A DNA stretch of 64,000 nucleotides from an uncultured Anaerolineales bacterium (GCA_964618295.1 CAZTWV010000010.1:5820-69819), one strand, 5' to 3'; positions 37,965 through 48,663 are shown, numbered from the stretch's first letter. Program-made: numbers and translations. Notes: generated by a model not told the origin, from the sequence alone.

Positions 37965-38756
37965 GTGATCCGGAGGGAAGCAAATAACGGATTATCATAT
38001 TTTGAATTTGAATCCTTGAGAAAATTTCCAATCATTCAAGCGATATTTACCAGATCAGGAGGTGTAAGTCCAAGTCCCTGGAAATCTCTAAATATTGGTG
38101 GAACGGTTGGAGACAGTATAGAAGCAGTCGATGAAAATTTAAGGCGGATTTTTTCCGCGGTCAATATTTTGGAGGAGCGGACAGCACAGGTTCACCAGGT
38201 TCACTCTAACCAAGTTGTTATTGTTAACGAAAAATTTCTGAATTCAAAGAAAAAAATACTTGCAGACGGTATGGCGTCGGATCAGACTGGAATTGCGATG
38301 TTGATGCGTTTTGCTGATTGTGTCCCAGTATTCCTTTTTGACCCGGTAGTAAAAGCTGTCGCTGTTTATCATGCAGGCTGGAAAGGGACAGTCAAAAAAA
38401 TTGGAAAAGAAGCGGTACACTTGATGGAGAAAGAGTTTGGTTCAAATCCGGGAGATATTCTGGCTGGCATTGGCCCATCAATTGGTCCGGACCATTACGT
38501 TGTTGGTCAAGACGTAATTGAAATGGTGAAAAAAATATTTCTGGAAAAGGGACAGCAGCTGCTTTGTTCTGGACCAGATGGTGTAAAATTGAATTTGTGG
38601 GAAGCAAATCGCTTTGCGCTGGAAGAAGCTGGAGTTCGGAAGATTGAAATCTCTGGCATTTGCACGGCCTGCAATCTCGGAGACTGGTACTCTCATCGAG
38701 CTGAAAATGGAAAAACTGGAAGATTTGGTGCTTTGGTGATGCTTAAACAGGGTTGA
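37965..38756 (+). CDS. pgeF: Peptidoglycan editing factor / purine nucleoside phosphorylase (YfiH/PgeF)
   Basis: FTRSGGVS, QVHS, ADCVPV, HAGWKG, IGPSIG and CT....YSHR motifs. Confidence 0.92.
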   Translation: MIRREANNGLSYFEFESLRKFPIIQAIFTRSGGVSPSPWKSLNIGGTVGDSIEAVDENLRRIFSAVNILEERTAQVHQVHSNQVVIVNEKFLNSKKKILADGMASDQTGIAMLMRFADCVPVFLFDPVVKAVAVYHAGWKGTVKKIGKEAVHLMEKEFGSNPGDILAGIGPSIGPDHYVVGQDVIEMVKKIFLEKGQQLLCSGPDGVKLNLWEANRFALEEAGVRKIEISGICTACNLGDWYSHRAENGKTGRFGALVMLKQG

Positions 38757-38757
38757 A

Positions 38758-39480
38758 ATGGAAGAGATTAACAGGCAGGAAGAGATCGAAAAAAGATATC
38801 AGGATGTGGCTGAGAAAATACAAGAAGCCGCCTTGAAAGTTGGGAAGCATCCAAAAGATATTAATCTGGTTGTTGTCACAAAGCAAAAATCAGCTGTCGT
38901 AGATAAGTATCTTGCAGAACTTGGATTGCTTGATGTGGGGGAAAGTTACCTGAAGGAAGCAGAGTTTAAAATTGAAATACTCAAAGAGTATCCCATTCGA
39001 TGGCATATGATTGGAAACATCCAACGAGGTAAAGAAAGAGAGGTTGCTCATTATTTTGACATGGTGCACTCTGTTGATAATTACGAGGTTGCTGAAAGAT
39101 TGAATCAGTCTTGTAAAGAAAATGGAAAAATAATGCCAATATTTCTTGAGTGTAATGTCAGTGGAGAAAGCACAAAGGTAGGTTGGAATGTTGTAAATGA
39201 TAAGGAGTGGCCGATTTTCGTTGAGAATGTCAAACAGGTTTTAGGCCTGGATCATTTAAAACTATTGGGCTTGATGACAATGGCTCCTTACAGCACTGAG
39301 CCTGAAGATGCAAGGCCTTTTTTCAGGAAGCTTAAGAGTCTCCTGAATTATATAAATCAAAAATTTCCCCAGCAAGAAATCAATGAGCTTTCAATGGGAA
39401 TGAGTGGAGATTTTCAGGTGGCAATTGAGGAAGGTGCGACTTACTTGAGAATCGGTTCTGCAATTGTGGGAAAACGTTAA
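38758..39480 (+). CDS. yggS: PLP homeostasis protein YggS/PROSC family
   Basis: VVVTK, WHMIG.IQ, HSVD, GLMTM and LSMGMSGDF..AIEEGAT..RIG.AI.G motifs. Confidence 0.93.
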   Translation: MEEINRQEEIEKRYQDVAEKIQEAALKVGKHPKDINLVVVTKQKSAVVDKYLAELGLLDVGESYLKEAEFKIEILKEYPIRWHMIGNIQRGKEREVAHYFDMVHSVDNYEVAERLNQSCKENGKIMPIFLECNVSGESTKVGWNVVNDKEWPIFVENVKQVLGLDHLKLLGLMTMAPYSTEPEDARPFFRKLKSLLNYINQKFPQQEINELSMGMSGDFQVAIEEGATYLRIGSAIVGKR

Positions 39481-39496
39481 AAACAGGGAAGATAGG

Positions 39497-39748
39497 ATGC
39501 AATTTATACTGACAATTATATCTGTACTAGAGCAGGCGATATTATTATTGATTTTGTTAAAGGTAATATTGTCATATTTCATGGACCCATTTCACCCTTT
39601 CAGGCAATCGATCGATCAATTGGTAGACCCGATGTTAAAGCCAATTCGTCAGATCGTGCCAACTCTGGGGCGAATTGACTTCAGTCCGGTTATACTCATG
39701 ATCTTGGTCACGGTTTTGGCATCTGTCCTGAGATCAATCCTGATCTAA
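39497..39748 (+). CDS. yggT: YggT/YlmG family membrane protein
   Basis: ILSYF..P..P.......DPML.PIR..VP..G.IDFSP motif. Confidence 0.9.
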   Translation: MQFILTIISVLEQAILLLILLKVILSYFMDPFHPFRQSIDQLVDPMLKPIRQIVPTLGRIDFSPVILMILVTVLASVLRSILI

Positions 39749-39780
39749 ATATAAATAAATTTCCGAGTTGAGGTGAGCGG

Positions 39781-40092
39781 GTGAGTTCAAGAGATTTCCA
39801 ATTCCATGACGGGGAGAGTGGAGCTGCCCTGGCAGTTCGCCTTATTCGAAGAAGGGGCCCATCCAAAATTACAAAAATAAAGAAAGACGGCACCGTGGTT
39901 TTGTCATGTGGGCCAGATATCCAGGATATGGAAAAGGATGTAATAAATTTCTTTGCAGAGCTGCTGGGTATTAAATCAGGGAATGTTACAGTGATTGCGG
40001 GGCAAAATCGGTCAGAGAAATTACTTTCATTTATTGATATTGACCCTGTAACTGTGCAAAAGATAATTGTTCAAAAGCTTTCAGAAAACTGA
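39781..40092 (+). CDS. DUF167 (YggU)-like protein
   Basis: LAVR...I......GTV, ..INFFAELLGI....V.VIAGQ....K pattern; follows yggS-yggT. Confidence 0.65.
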   Translation: MSSRDFQFHDGESGAALAVRLIRRRGPSKITKIKKDGTVVLSCGPDIQDMEKDVINFFAELLGIKSGNVTVIAGQNRSEKLLSFIDIDPVTVQKIIVQKLSEN

Positions 40093-40123
40093 AAGCAAAA
40101 CACGTTCAGAATAATCAGGCGGA

Positions 40124-42601
40124 TCAAGAGAGATTGTATTCAGAAGGGAGGGGGATGGCCTTCCCAGTCCTGGACGTGTACCACAATGTGGTTTCGGCTT
40201 CGTCTAAAGTTTGAGATGAGGCGTTGCGCATAGCGATATAAATTGCCGGAAAGATATCTGTATATCCTTCCTGGCGCAGGGCTAACAAAGCAGCTTGTTT
40301 GTTTTCGTCACTTCCTTCTTGGAGGATAGCTAACAGCAATTCTAAGCAGTTTTCATCATTCAGGCTGCTGATCTCGTGTTCAGAGGCCAAATCCGTCAGC
40401 CAGGTTGTTTTAGTAAGGTTCACAGGGGGGCGTGGGATAAAGGTGGACGGGGCAGAAATGGCTTCAAAAGCGTGTTGAGCTGCATCTCGAACAACCCACT
40501 GATCGTCCTCAATTCTCATATAGTCTAAAATCTCTGCTGACCAGGGCGCTTTTATTTGCTTAAGGCCGTGGACTACAGCGTATCTGACCAGGATATCATC
40601 CATTTTGCTGCCTTCGCGCAGAGCAGGGTGGCCTTCACTGGGGTGGCGGGAAAGAGCTTCCGCGGCTGAGCGGCGAAGTAATTCACTTCCGTGCATCAGG
40701 GAGTCTGCTACAGCTTCTAAGGCTGTTGGGGAAGCAATCAGTCCAAGTGCGTAGCATGCTGCAAAATTATTCGGTTCAACATCTCTCAGTTGTTTTATCA
40801 ATTGAGGAACCATTTTTGGTCGGCCAAGCAACCCGGCAGCGAGCGCGGCGGCCCGCCTGACGGGAGCAAATGAGGATTGAAGAAGGCGGTTTATTACAGG
40901 TTCTGCTTCTTTGATACCTGTAGACGCTAAAGTCGCAGCAAGCCTTGTTTTTACTGCTGTGAGATGGTTAGAATGGATTTCGCGAGCTGCAATTTTTAAG
41001 AGCCCCTCTCTCAAAGAGGAATTTTGAGGAAGGTAACGGAGCCAGTTTAGAGAATGGACAAGTAAAGATTTTTGTATGCCGAAGTATTTTGAAATCTCCC
41101 GGAACAAGTTAACGGCTGTGGTGGGGTCTGAGATAAATTTAATTGTGCTAGTCTGCATAGGCCAGGAAGGCTGAGCAGCAATTTGGTTGAGGAGCCTGGG
41201 GTTAAAATGTGTGATACCGCGGCTGCTTAGCACACCTGCGAAGGCTAAATTATTAAATGAATAGCGGTGAAGATCGATTTGTTTGAGAAGATTCTTTTCA
41301 ACTCCGCTTTGAAATGCACGTTCTAAAGGGGCGTTTTGGGTTTTAGCAGTATCAACAATTCCAATTTCCTTGTTATTTTGAAGCCAATCTGCTAAATCGT
41401 GGTTGGAAAATTGTGTTTTCTGTTGATCAAGAACATAGACAGCGCACAGCTCGAGCGCATGCATGATTTGTGGTGGATGGGATCTGAATCTGGCGGCCAA
41501 AAAACCTTCCAGGATAGCCAATGGTGTTAACCCGGATACTGTATTTGAATAAACATTAAAAACCAGAGCTGAAAATTCAAATGGTGAAAGATGGTCTGTG
41601 TGATGGATCAGCCATTTGAAGAGAATTTGAGTTTGCAGCGTTTCAATCGGTTCAGAAGTGAGGGGTGATTCTTGAGATAGCATATTCCAGGCAGTGTGCC
41701 ATTTTTTAAGGTAGTTATGTTTACACTGTTTATTCCAGCTTTCCAAACCTAAAGGAATGAATCCGAATTCTACTGATTTTCCAAGATAATCTGTGCCCGA
41801 GGTGATAATAATTTGAACTGATGGATATTGTGAAGTTAATACACGGACAAAATTTAATACCTGATCAAATTCTGAGGCAGAGAGACAATCCATACCATCT
41901 AAAAGAAGCATGGCGGATCCTTGTTGAAGTGTGCTTAACAAGTAATCTGAATATCCATGTAATGAATCAAAATCTATCTGAGATGTGAATGCGGCCGAAA
42001 GCACATCTTGTACATTTCGGTTAGGAAATTGGGAGATTACATGTTGGGCGTCAAGATAAAACGGAACACGGCTGTTCAGCTGTTTAAATCTTGATATTTT
42101 TTTAATTAAAAGTACGCCAAAGTTAACCAGGGCTGTTGTCTTGCCGCTTCCTGCTTCACCTATTAGGCACAGGTTTCTTCCGCTTGAAGCCGCTTCTTCT
42201 ATGCTCAAGGACGGTGTTGAGTAGGCTGACGCCAGAAACGGTGTATCCGGGAGGTAAGGTATTGTCCGGTGAAGTAAGCTCGGCTCATCCGAGTCGGGAT
42301 CAAGGGCTGCTGGAGGAGGAGGGGCAATTAAACTGGCTGAGATTGAAATGGATTCTAAAGGGAAAAAATCTCTAAAGGAATGCTGGCTTTGAAATGCTTT
42401 ATGCGCTTGCCGGGCATAAGAAAGCGGTATATTTTTACTTGCAGAAACCTGGATTGAGGCTAATCGAGCACGAATTGTCTTGGTAGCTTTCAATATCCGG
42501 GGTAAAAAACGTCTATAGAGGTAAAGAAACGCGAAACCAGCAACAAATCCCAGAATAAAGGACGGAAGATCTATATACAAACGAGGGATGAAATCTGGCA
42601 T
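40124..42601 (-). CDS. NACHT-type NTPase with C-terminal HEAT repeats and N-terminal TM
   Basis: LIGEAGSGKTT Walker A, LLLDGMD Walker B; HEAT repeats such as VRRAAALAAGLLG, LRRSAAEALS, VRYAVVHGL. Confidence 0.8.
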   Translation of the reverse strand: MPDFIPRLYIDLPSFILGFVAGFAFLYLYRRFLPRILKATKTIRARLASIQVSASKNIPLSYARQAHKAFQSQHSFRDFFPLESISISASLIAPPPPAALDPDSDEPSLLHRTIPYLPDTPFLASAYSTPSLSIEEAASSGRNLCLIGEAGSGKTTALVNFGVLLIKKISRFKQLNSRVPFYLDAQHVISQFPNRNVQDVLSAAFTSQIDFDSLHGYSDYLLSTLQQGSAMLLLDGMDCLSASEFDQVLNFVRVLTSQYPSVQIIITSGTDYLGKSVEFGFIPLGLESWNKQCKHNYLKKWHTAWNMLSQESPLTSEPIETLQTQILFKWLIHHTDHLSPFEFSALVFNVYSNTVSGLTPLAILEGFLAARFRSHPPQIMHALELCAVYVLDQQKTQFSNHDLADWLQNNKEIGIVDTAKTQNAPLERAFQSGVEKNLLKQIDLHRYSFNNLAFAGVLSSRGITHFNPRLLNQIAAQPSWPMQTSTIKFISDPTTAVNLFREISKYFGIQKSLLVHSLNWLRYLPQNSSLREGLLKIAAREIHSNHLTAVKTRLAATLASTGIKEAEPVINRLLQSSFAPVRRAAALAAGLLGRPKMVPQLIKQLRDVEPNNFAACYALGLIASPTALEAVADSLMHGSELLRRSAAEALSRHPSEGHPALREGSKMDDILVRYAVVHGLKQIKAPWSAEILDYMRIEDDQWVVRDAAQHAFEAISAPSTFIPRPPVNLTKTTWLTDLASEHEISSLNDENCLELLLAILQEGSDENKQAALLALRQEGYTDIFPAIYIAMRNASSQTLDEAETTLWYTSRTGKAIPLPSEYNLS

Positions 42602-42620
42602 AACTTGTCCCCTGGATTCG

Positions 42621-43322
42621 CTACCCGGGATAAAGAATTCGATTACAGGTTAAGCACTGCGTAATTGAGCTCGGAGATTTTGCTTTCTGTTCCAGCGCGG
42701 ATGGTAAATTTGAACCGCAGCCACCGCAGCTGTGATTTTCAAGTTTCACGACAGCTATGCCTCCCAAGCTAGCTCGGAGTTTTTTGTAAAGCTCAAGATC
42801 ATCACCTGGAGGAGTTTCCAGAAGATTGGAGCGTTTTGATTTTAAGTCTTGAATGCGCTGCTCTAGTTCAGCTTGCTCCTTTTTTAAGGAGTTCAAAAGA
42901 TTCTCACGAGCAATTTGAATTTGACCCAGGCTATTCTGAGTTTCTTGTAGCTGGTTGGAGGCTTCATCCAGAGCCAGCATTGCTTCAAGTTGACGCTCTT
43001 CCAAAGTCTCAAGATAGCGATCCAGGGCAGCTGATTCTAGCTGCAAGTCTTCAAGTTCTTTGGGATTTGTAATCGAGCCACCGTACAGTTTGGTCTGATT
43101 GGATTTTATTTTTTGATTGTGAGTTACAACCTCATCTTCGGCTTTTTTCAGGACCCGCCTTTTTTTATCTGTGATTTCTTGATGTGTTTCGAGGGTGGAC
43201 TGAGCTTGTTCGAGCTCGGAATTATCTTCCCGGATTTGTTCAATTACCTCCAGGCGGTCAAAAGCCCGGTCAATTTCAGTGTCTATTTGCTGCAGAAGGT
43301 ACAGAGATCGTGAACGGCTCAT
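42621..43322 (-). CDS. Coiled-coil + C4 zinc-ribbon protein (DUF164/CT398-like)
   Basis: L..LQQIDTEI, long coiled coil, CGGC...CLTCNRILY. Confidence 0.85.
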   Translation of the reverse strand: MSRSRSLYLLQQIDTEIDRAFDRLEVIEQIREDNSELEQAQSTLETHQEITDKKRRVLKKAEDEVVTHNQKIKSNQTKLYGGSITNPKELEDLQLESAALDRYLETLEERQLEAMLALDEASNQLQETQNSLGQIQIARENLLNSLKKEQAELEQRIQDLKSKRSNLLETPPGDDLELYKKLRASLGGIAVVKLENHSCGGCGSNLPSALEQKAKSPSSITQCLTCNRILYPG

Positions 43323-43428
43323 AGCGTTGTAGTTGTCTCCAAATTGACGGCCGGTTATTATGCTGTGATTATAGATGTGTAAGGTGTCTAAAGCAAGGGG
43401 CAGCATGAAATCCTGATACAATACAAAC

Positions 43429-44976
43429 ATGTCAGATTCACGGTATTTCTGGATTGCCGGCTTTTTATTTCTGATATTAATTACAGGACCCTATCTTTAT
43501 GGTTTTTTAACTGTGGATGGGGATTTTTTATTTAATGGGTTCTTATTAAATCCTCTTGACGGTAATTCTTATTTGGCAAAAATTGAATTAGGAAACACAG
43601 GATTTTGGAAGTTTTCGCTGCCGTATACAGCAGAGAAGAGCGCTGGCGGATATTTGTTCTTATTTTATCTGCTGTTAGGACACATTGGGCGAGTTCTTGG
43701 GATGGAAAATATCATAATTTTCCATACCGCTCGAATTGTTAGCTCCTTAGCGATGCTGGTTTCACTCAACTTCTATTTTAGAAGTGTAGTAAAGGACCCC
43801 AAGGTCCAGAAATGGGCTTTCATCACATCGTTATTTGGCTCCGGAATGGGCTGGATTGCAATCACCTTTGGTTATTTTACAAGTGATTTTTGGGTAGCTG
43901 AGATTTATCCTTTTCTTTCCGCATACACCAATCCCCATTTTCCGCTTGGGTTAGCGATTCTTCTGATGCTCCTTGCGCCTGGCGGGATCAAAAACCACTA
44001 TTTGAAAGCTTTAAGCAGTGCTCTGCTGGCTGTTATTCAACCATTCGCGGCTGTTATTGGTATAACCGTAACAGGGGTGGAATTTTTAGTGGGATATATA
44101 AAAGAAATCCGCAGTGAAAATTCTGTAGCTTGGAAACGAAAGGAATTTTTATCACTGGGGAGTATTGTGTTTGGCGCTGGCCCAGTATTAGTTTTTCAAT
44201 ACCTGGTAATTCACAAGGACCCAATCTTGAAGCAATGGAACGGCCAAAATATTACACCATCACCAGAACCTTTGGATATGATTTTGTCCCTGTCTCCGAT
44301 GCTTTTACTGGCTGTTCCAGGATCCCTAAAAGCATGGAAGGATAAAAGGTTATCCAAAATGGTAATCTGGGCTATGACTGGCCTGGGGTTAGCGATAGTT
44401 CCCTGGCAGCTGCAAAGAAGATTCTTAACTGGTCTGTTTGTGCCTTTATCTGGGCTGGCTGTTTTAGGTTTGCGGTCCCTGAAGTTGCAAAGATTTGGAG
44501 ATAAATCATTATTGATTTTAGTCTTAATTATATTTTCATTGCCAACCAACCTGATTGTAATTTTGTCAGGAGTAGATGCAATCAGTAGAAACGATTACAC
44601 CATTGTTTACTCCGCTGACCTGGAGAAAGTTTTCGAGTGGGTAGAAAACAACACCAGCCAAAATGAAATAATTCTTACAGATGAAAGAAATGGAAACTTG
44701 ATTCCCGCTTACACAGGCAGACGTGTCCTTTATGGGCATCCATTTGAGACTGTGAATTCCGACAGGATGAAAGATATTGTACAAGAATTCTTTGCAGCTG
44801 ATACTGACCCATCAAGAAAATTAGATATTGTCAATAATTGGCATGTGGACTACATATTAATAGAATCGGATATGAATCAAATCAGGGATATAGGGCAACT
44901 TTCAAGGATTCAGTTGCATTTCGAGCTAGATCAATATTCTGTATTCGAAGTGATTGATTCCGGAGCAAGCGATTGA
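43429..44976 (+). CDS. Polytopic membrane protein, probable GT-C fold (paralog of 47071-48663)
   Basis: GFL...DGNSY.AK acidic loop after TM1; many TMs; C-terminal GN.IPA.....V..GH..ET domain. Confidence 0.6.
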   Translation: MSDSRYFWIAGFLFLILITGPYLYGFLTVDGDFLFNGFLLNPLDGNSYLAKIELGNTGFWKFSLPYTAEKSAGGYLFLFYLLLGHIGRVLGMENIIIFHTARIVSSLAMLVSLNFYFRSVVKDPKVQKWAFITSLFGSGMGWIAITFGYFTSDFWVAEIYPFLSAYTNPHFPLGLAILLMLLAPGGIKNHYLKALSSALLAVIQPFAAVIGITVTGVEFLVGYIKEIRSENSVAWKRKEFLSLGSIVFGAGPVLVFQYLVIHKDPILKQWNGQNITPSPEPLDMILSLSPMLLLAVPGSLKAWKDKRLSKMVIWAMTGLGLAIVPWQLQRRFLTGLFVPLSGLAVLGLRSLKLQRFGDKSLLILVLIIFSLPTNLIVILSGVDAISRNDYTIVYSADLEKVFEWVENNTSQNEIILTDERNGNLIPAYTGRRVLYGHPFETVNSDRMKDIVQEFFAADTDPSRKLDIVNNWHVDYILIESDMNQIRDIGQLSRIQLHFELDQYSVFEVIDSGASD

Positions 44977-47090
44977 AAAAATATCCATGGTACGCGAGCT
45001 TATACCAAAATAAACTTAGGAAAAAATTGGGATTTGTAACTTTATTATTTCCAATAATCTTATTTTTGCCAGGAATAATCGGAAAAATACCCTACCCTTC
45101 CTCTTCCGCTGTTTACAGTGATTTTTCAATTAGCCATTTTCCGTATGCTCTTTATATTAAAAAATCTTTCCTGGAGTATGGTCAAATTCCATTGTGGGCT
45201 GATTATTTATATAGCGGTATGCCGCTGGCTGGAAACCCACTAGCAAGTTTATGGTACCCTCCACAGTGGATAGCGCTTCTCCTTCCCCTGCCTGGAAGCT
45301 TAAGTTTACTCGCTGCTCTCCATTGTGGTTTGGGTGGATATGGGGTATTTCACTTATTGTTGAAAGAGGGTATAAGCGAAGAAGGAGCGTTACTAGGGGG
45401 ATTGGCTTTTGGATTCTTGCCCAAGACATATGCACATTATGGAGCTGGACACTTAACGCTTGTGTATGCTGTCGCCTGGACTCCCTGGCTGCTTAAAGCG
45501 GCCTGGTCCGATAAGCCTTTTATCTGGAGTGGAGTGATCTTTGGATTAATTATTTTAGCTGATCCAAGATGGGCACCGTATGCAGGTTTGGCCTGGATAC
45601 TGTATTGGATTATTGCAAAAAGATACAGAGTTTATCAATTAGCAATCAGAAGCATTATCACTGGAGGGATTGCTGTTTTTCTGTCTGCTCCATTTTTAAT
45701 GCCTTTTATCCAATTCATTAGAAGATCCACGCGAGTAATCATGGATTCTCAGGATTCGCTGACTGGTTCATTGGATCCAGCAGGTTTATTTGGGTTGATC
45801 CTGCCGTCCTGGGGAGGGAGTTCTGAAGTTATTGGCTACATTGGTGCTGGCGGGTTCTTGGCTGCACTCGCAGTGTTTACAAAAACAAGGAAGAACAGTT
45901 CCCAATTTTATTGGCCTGTAATCTTTATTTTTGGATGTGTTTTGGCATTGGGAGAAAATTTGCCGGGTTCTACGTTTATGCAGTATATCCCACTGATTTC
46001 TTTGGGGCGGGTTCCAGCAAGGTCATTATTTTTAACAGGTTTTGCCTCAGCTGTAATGATAGGAATATTTATTAATTATGTTCAACGAGAAGAAATCAAA
46101 CAAAGCTTCAGTAATTATTTGGGATTTGGAGTTTTGGTTATTGGTTCAACGTTAGTTGTCTTTTTTCTGTTTAGTGAGCTGGTGTTACCGCCGACTTTTT
46201 TTTGGGGAGCATCGATGCTTGTCTTTGCCGGGGCAGCATTCATCGGAAGTGGTTATCAAAGATTGAAGACAGGATCCTTGATCATTTTATTTTTAATAGT
46301 TGGTATTGATTACATATTTATCGATCTAAATTCAATCGTTTGGAAACTTGACTATCCTGATCAGGTGGGGAAATATATCAGGTCTTTAGTAAATGACGAG
46401 TATCGAATTTATTCACCTTCCTATAGTCTGACGCAAATCAGTGCGGTAAAAAATGGTTTGGAAATTGCAGATGGCGTGGATCCGATGCAGATCAACAGCT
46501 ATCGAGAATTATTTGAAACAGCAAGTGGAGTACCATACCAACGTTACTCAGTTAGTTTGCCTCTCTTCAAAACAGGCCAACCAAAGATCGACAACTTGAG
46601 CTACAGCCCGAACCCGGATCTGCTGGGGTTATTAAATGTGAAATATCTGGTTTCTCATTTCCCTCTTGAAGATGCCAAATTAAATCTGGTGCAGGAAGTC
46701 AATGAAAATTTTTTGTATCAGAATTCCAGCGTACGGCCCAGGACCTGGGTCGAAGAACAAGGTTTTGAGGGCGATGAGCAAGAAATCTTACCGGCAAATA
46801 TTTTAGTTGATACACCGAATCGAATTGTTGTCTCAGCTGAGGGTCCAGGAACATTAATTCTTTCCGAGGTTGACTATCCTGGATGGTTGGTGAAGGTCAA
46901 TGGTACACGAAAAGAGATCCATCAAGCTTATGGGGTGTTGAGATCGGTAGATATCTACCCAGGCAGTAATCTTGTTGAGTTCCAATATCGACCTAAACTG
47001 GTTTTCATTGGGTTGCTGTTTTCTGGAGTTGGTATTTTATGTGTAATTTGGATATTGAAATATTCAAAAAATGAAAAGATACATAACTGA
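44973..47090 (+). CDS. YfhO family GT-C glycosyltransferase
   Basis: D....HFP, GQIPLW...YSGMP...NP....YP, GRVPAR, LLNVKY and C-terminal YPGW.VKVNG motifs. Confidence 0.8.
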   Translation: MKKYPWYASLYQNKLRKKLGFVTLLFPIILFLPGIIGKIPYPSSSAVYSDFSISHFPYALYIKKSFLEYGQIPLWADYLYSGMPLAGNPLASLWYPPQWIALLLPLPGSLSLLAALHCGLGGYGVFHLLLKEGISEEGALLGGLAFGFLPKTYAHYGAGHLTLVYAVAWTPWLLKAAWSDKPFIWSGVIFGLIILADPRWAPYAGLAWILYWIIAKRYRVYQLAIRSIITGGIAVFLSAPFLMPFIQFIRRSTRVIMDSQDSLTGSLDPAGLFGLILPSWGGSSEVIGYIGAGGFLAALAVFTKTRKNSSQFYWPVIFIFGCVLALGENLPGSTFMQYIPLISLGRVPARSLFLTGFASAVMIGIFINYVQREEIKQSFSNYLGFGVLVIGSTLVVFFLFSELVLPPTFFWGASMLVFAGAAFIGSGYQRLKTGSLIILFLIVGIDYIFIDLNSIVWKLDYPDQVGKYIRSLVNDEYRIYSPSYSLTQISAVKNGLEIADGVDPMQINSYRELFETASGVPYQRYSVSLPLFKTGQPKIDNLSYSPNPDLLGLLNVKYLVSHFPLEDAKLNLVQEVNENFLYQNSSVRPRTWVEEQGFEGDEQEILPANILVDTPNRIVVSAEGPGTLILSEVDYPGWLVKVNGTRKEIHQAYGVLRSVDIYPGSNLVEFQYRPKLVFIGLLFSGVGILCVIWILKYSKNEKIHN

Positions 47091-48663
47091 AAGAAAATTT
47101 GTACTAATATATGCGGTAATCGTCATGTTGATAACGCTCATTCCGTACCTTGTTGGATATTGGTCCGCGGGAGAGGAGCGAGTATTTTCTGGATTCCTTT
47201 TTGGGGTTGAGGACGGGAATTCCTACATCGCAAAAATGGCGCTTGGAAGTTATGGTAAGTGGTTATTTGAAACCCCGTATACTGCTCAAGAACAGCAGGG
47301 GGTAATAGCATTTCTACCTTACATACTTTTGGGGAAGTTAGCCCAACCACCAGCTTTACACGAACAGCTTGTAGCGCTGTTTCATGGCTTTCGTATGATA
47401 GCTGGATGCCTTATGATTCTCGCAGTACATGATTTTCTGAGTTTATTCATCAATTCTGAAATAATCCGGTGGCTGGCTTTGATCTCAGCTGTGCTGGGAG
47501 GAGGCTTGGGTTGGGTTGTTCTGTTGTTTGGAAGGGCGAGTTTGGCCGGGTATTACCCTCTAGGATTTATCTCCCCGGAAACATTTGGGTTTTTGTCACT
47601 GTTGGGACTGCCCCATCTAGCCCTTGCTCGAGCGTTTTTCTTATGGGGTTTTGTTTGTTTTATTCAAGAAAAGAGGGGATACATAACAGGTTTGCTCTGG
47701 CTTGGGTTGGGTTTGCTCCAGCCGATATATGTCGTTTTAGCGTGGACTGTATTGACGGCGTTTATCACCCTCAGAATTCTAATTCAATGGAAGTATCCTG
47801 GAGCGCAAATACATAATCGGAGAGGTGAGCTAAAAGACCTCAAGCAGGCAGGAGTTGTTTATCTGATCTCTGCTCCATTTATTGTATACACAGCCGTATC
47901 ATTTTTAACGGATCCTGTTCTCAAGCAGTGGTCCGCTCAAAATCTGATAACTTCTCCTCCGGCAGTTCATTATTTACTGGCTTATGGAGCAGCTGTTCCT
48001 TTTGTGTTCATGTTTTTTATGAAGCTGCAAAAACCAATTGATCCAAAGCTGCTGTTTCTGATCGGTTGGTGTGTATGCTTTCCTTTTTTGATATATGCCC
48101 CTGTGACAACACAGAGGAGGCTTGCAGAAGGATTCTGGATTGTTTTATCTGGATTGGTTTTTGCTAGTCTGGAAGCAAGTGAGAAAAAGAAGCTTGGATA
48201 TGGATACCTATTTTTGGGGTTAACAATCCCAACGACATTAATTCTTATTGGAGGGGTATTCAGGACAGCTTTGAGCGCTGGTCAACCAGTCTATTTGAAA
48301 AAAGATCAGGTCCTGGCTTACAGATATTTTCAGGATGTTGAATATCAAGATCAGATCGTATTAGGAGCTTATCAGACAGGTAATTCTCTGCCTGCTTTTG
48401 TCCCGGTTCGGGTTTTGGTTGGGCATGGCCCTGAATCATATCAAGGAAAAGAATATCTTTCATCAATTAGCCAATTCTTTAACAGTGAAACGGAGATGAA
48501 CTACCGGCTAGGATATCTGGCAGACAATAAGATTGATTATATTTTTTGGGGCCCTGAAGAAAGATTAATTGGAGAATGGGATCCGAATCTATCTGATTAT
48601 TTGGTTCAGGTTTACAGTTGGAATAATTACCAGATATTTCGCTTTGTAGAACCTTCAGGATGA
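47071..48663 (+). CDS. Polytopic membrane protein, probable GT-C fold (paralog of 43429-44976)
   Basis: FSGFLFGVEDGNSYIAKMALG..G.W.F.TPYTA and GNSLPA...VRV.VGHGPE motifs. Confidence 0.6.
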   Translation: MKRYITERKFVLIYAVIVMLITLIPYLVGYWSAGEERVFSGFLFGVEDGNSYIAKMALGSYGKWLFETPYTAQEQQGVIAFLPYILLGKLAQPPALHEQLVALFHGFRMIAGCLMILAVHDFLSLFINSEIIRWLALISAVLGGGLGWVVLLFGRASLAGYYPLGFISPETFGFLSLLGLPHLALARAFFLWGFVCFIQEKRGYITGLLWLGLGLLQPIYVVLAWTVLTAFITLRILIQWKYPGAQIHNRRGELKDLKQAGVVYLISAPFIVYTAVSFLTDPVLKQWSAQNLITSPPAVHYLLAYGAAVPFVFMFFMKLQKPIDPKLLFLIGWCVCFPFLIYAPVTTQRRLAEGFWIVLSGLVFASLEASEKKKLGYGYLFLGLTIPTTLILIGGVFRTALSAGQPVYLKKDQVLAYRYFQDVEYQDQIVLGAYQTGNSLPAFVPVRVLVGHGPESYQGKEYLSSISQFFNSETEMNYRLGYLADNKIDYIFWGPEERLIGEWDPNLSDYLVQVYSWNNYQIFRFVEPSG

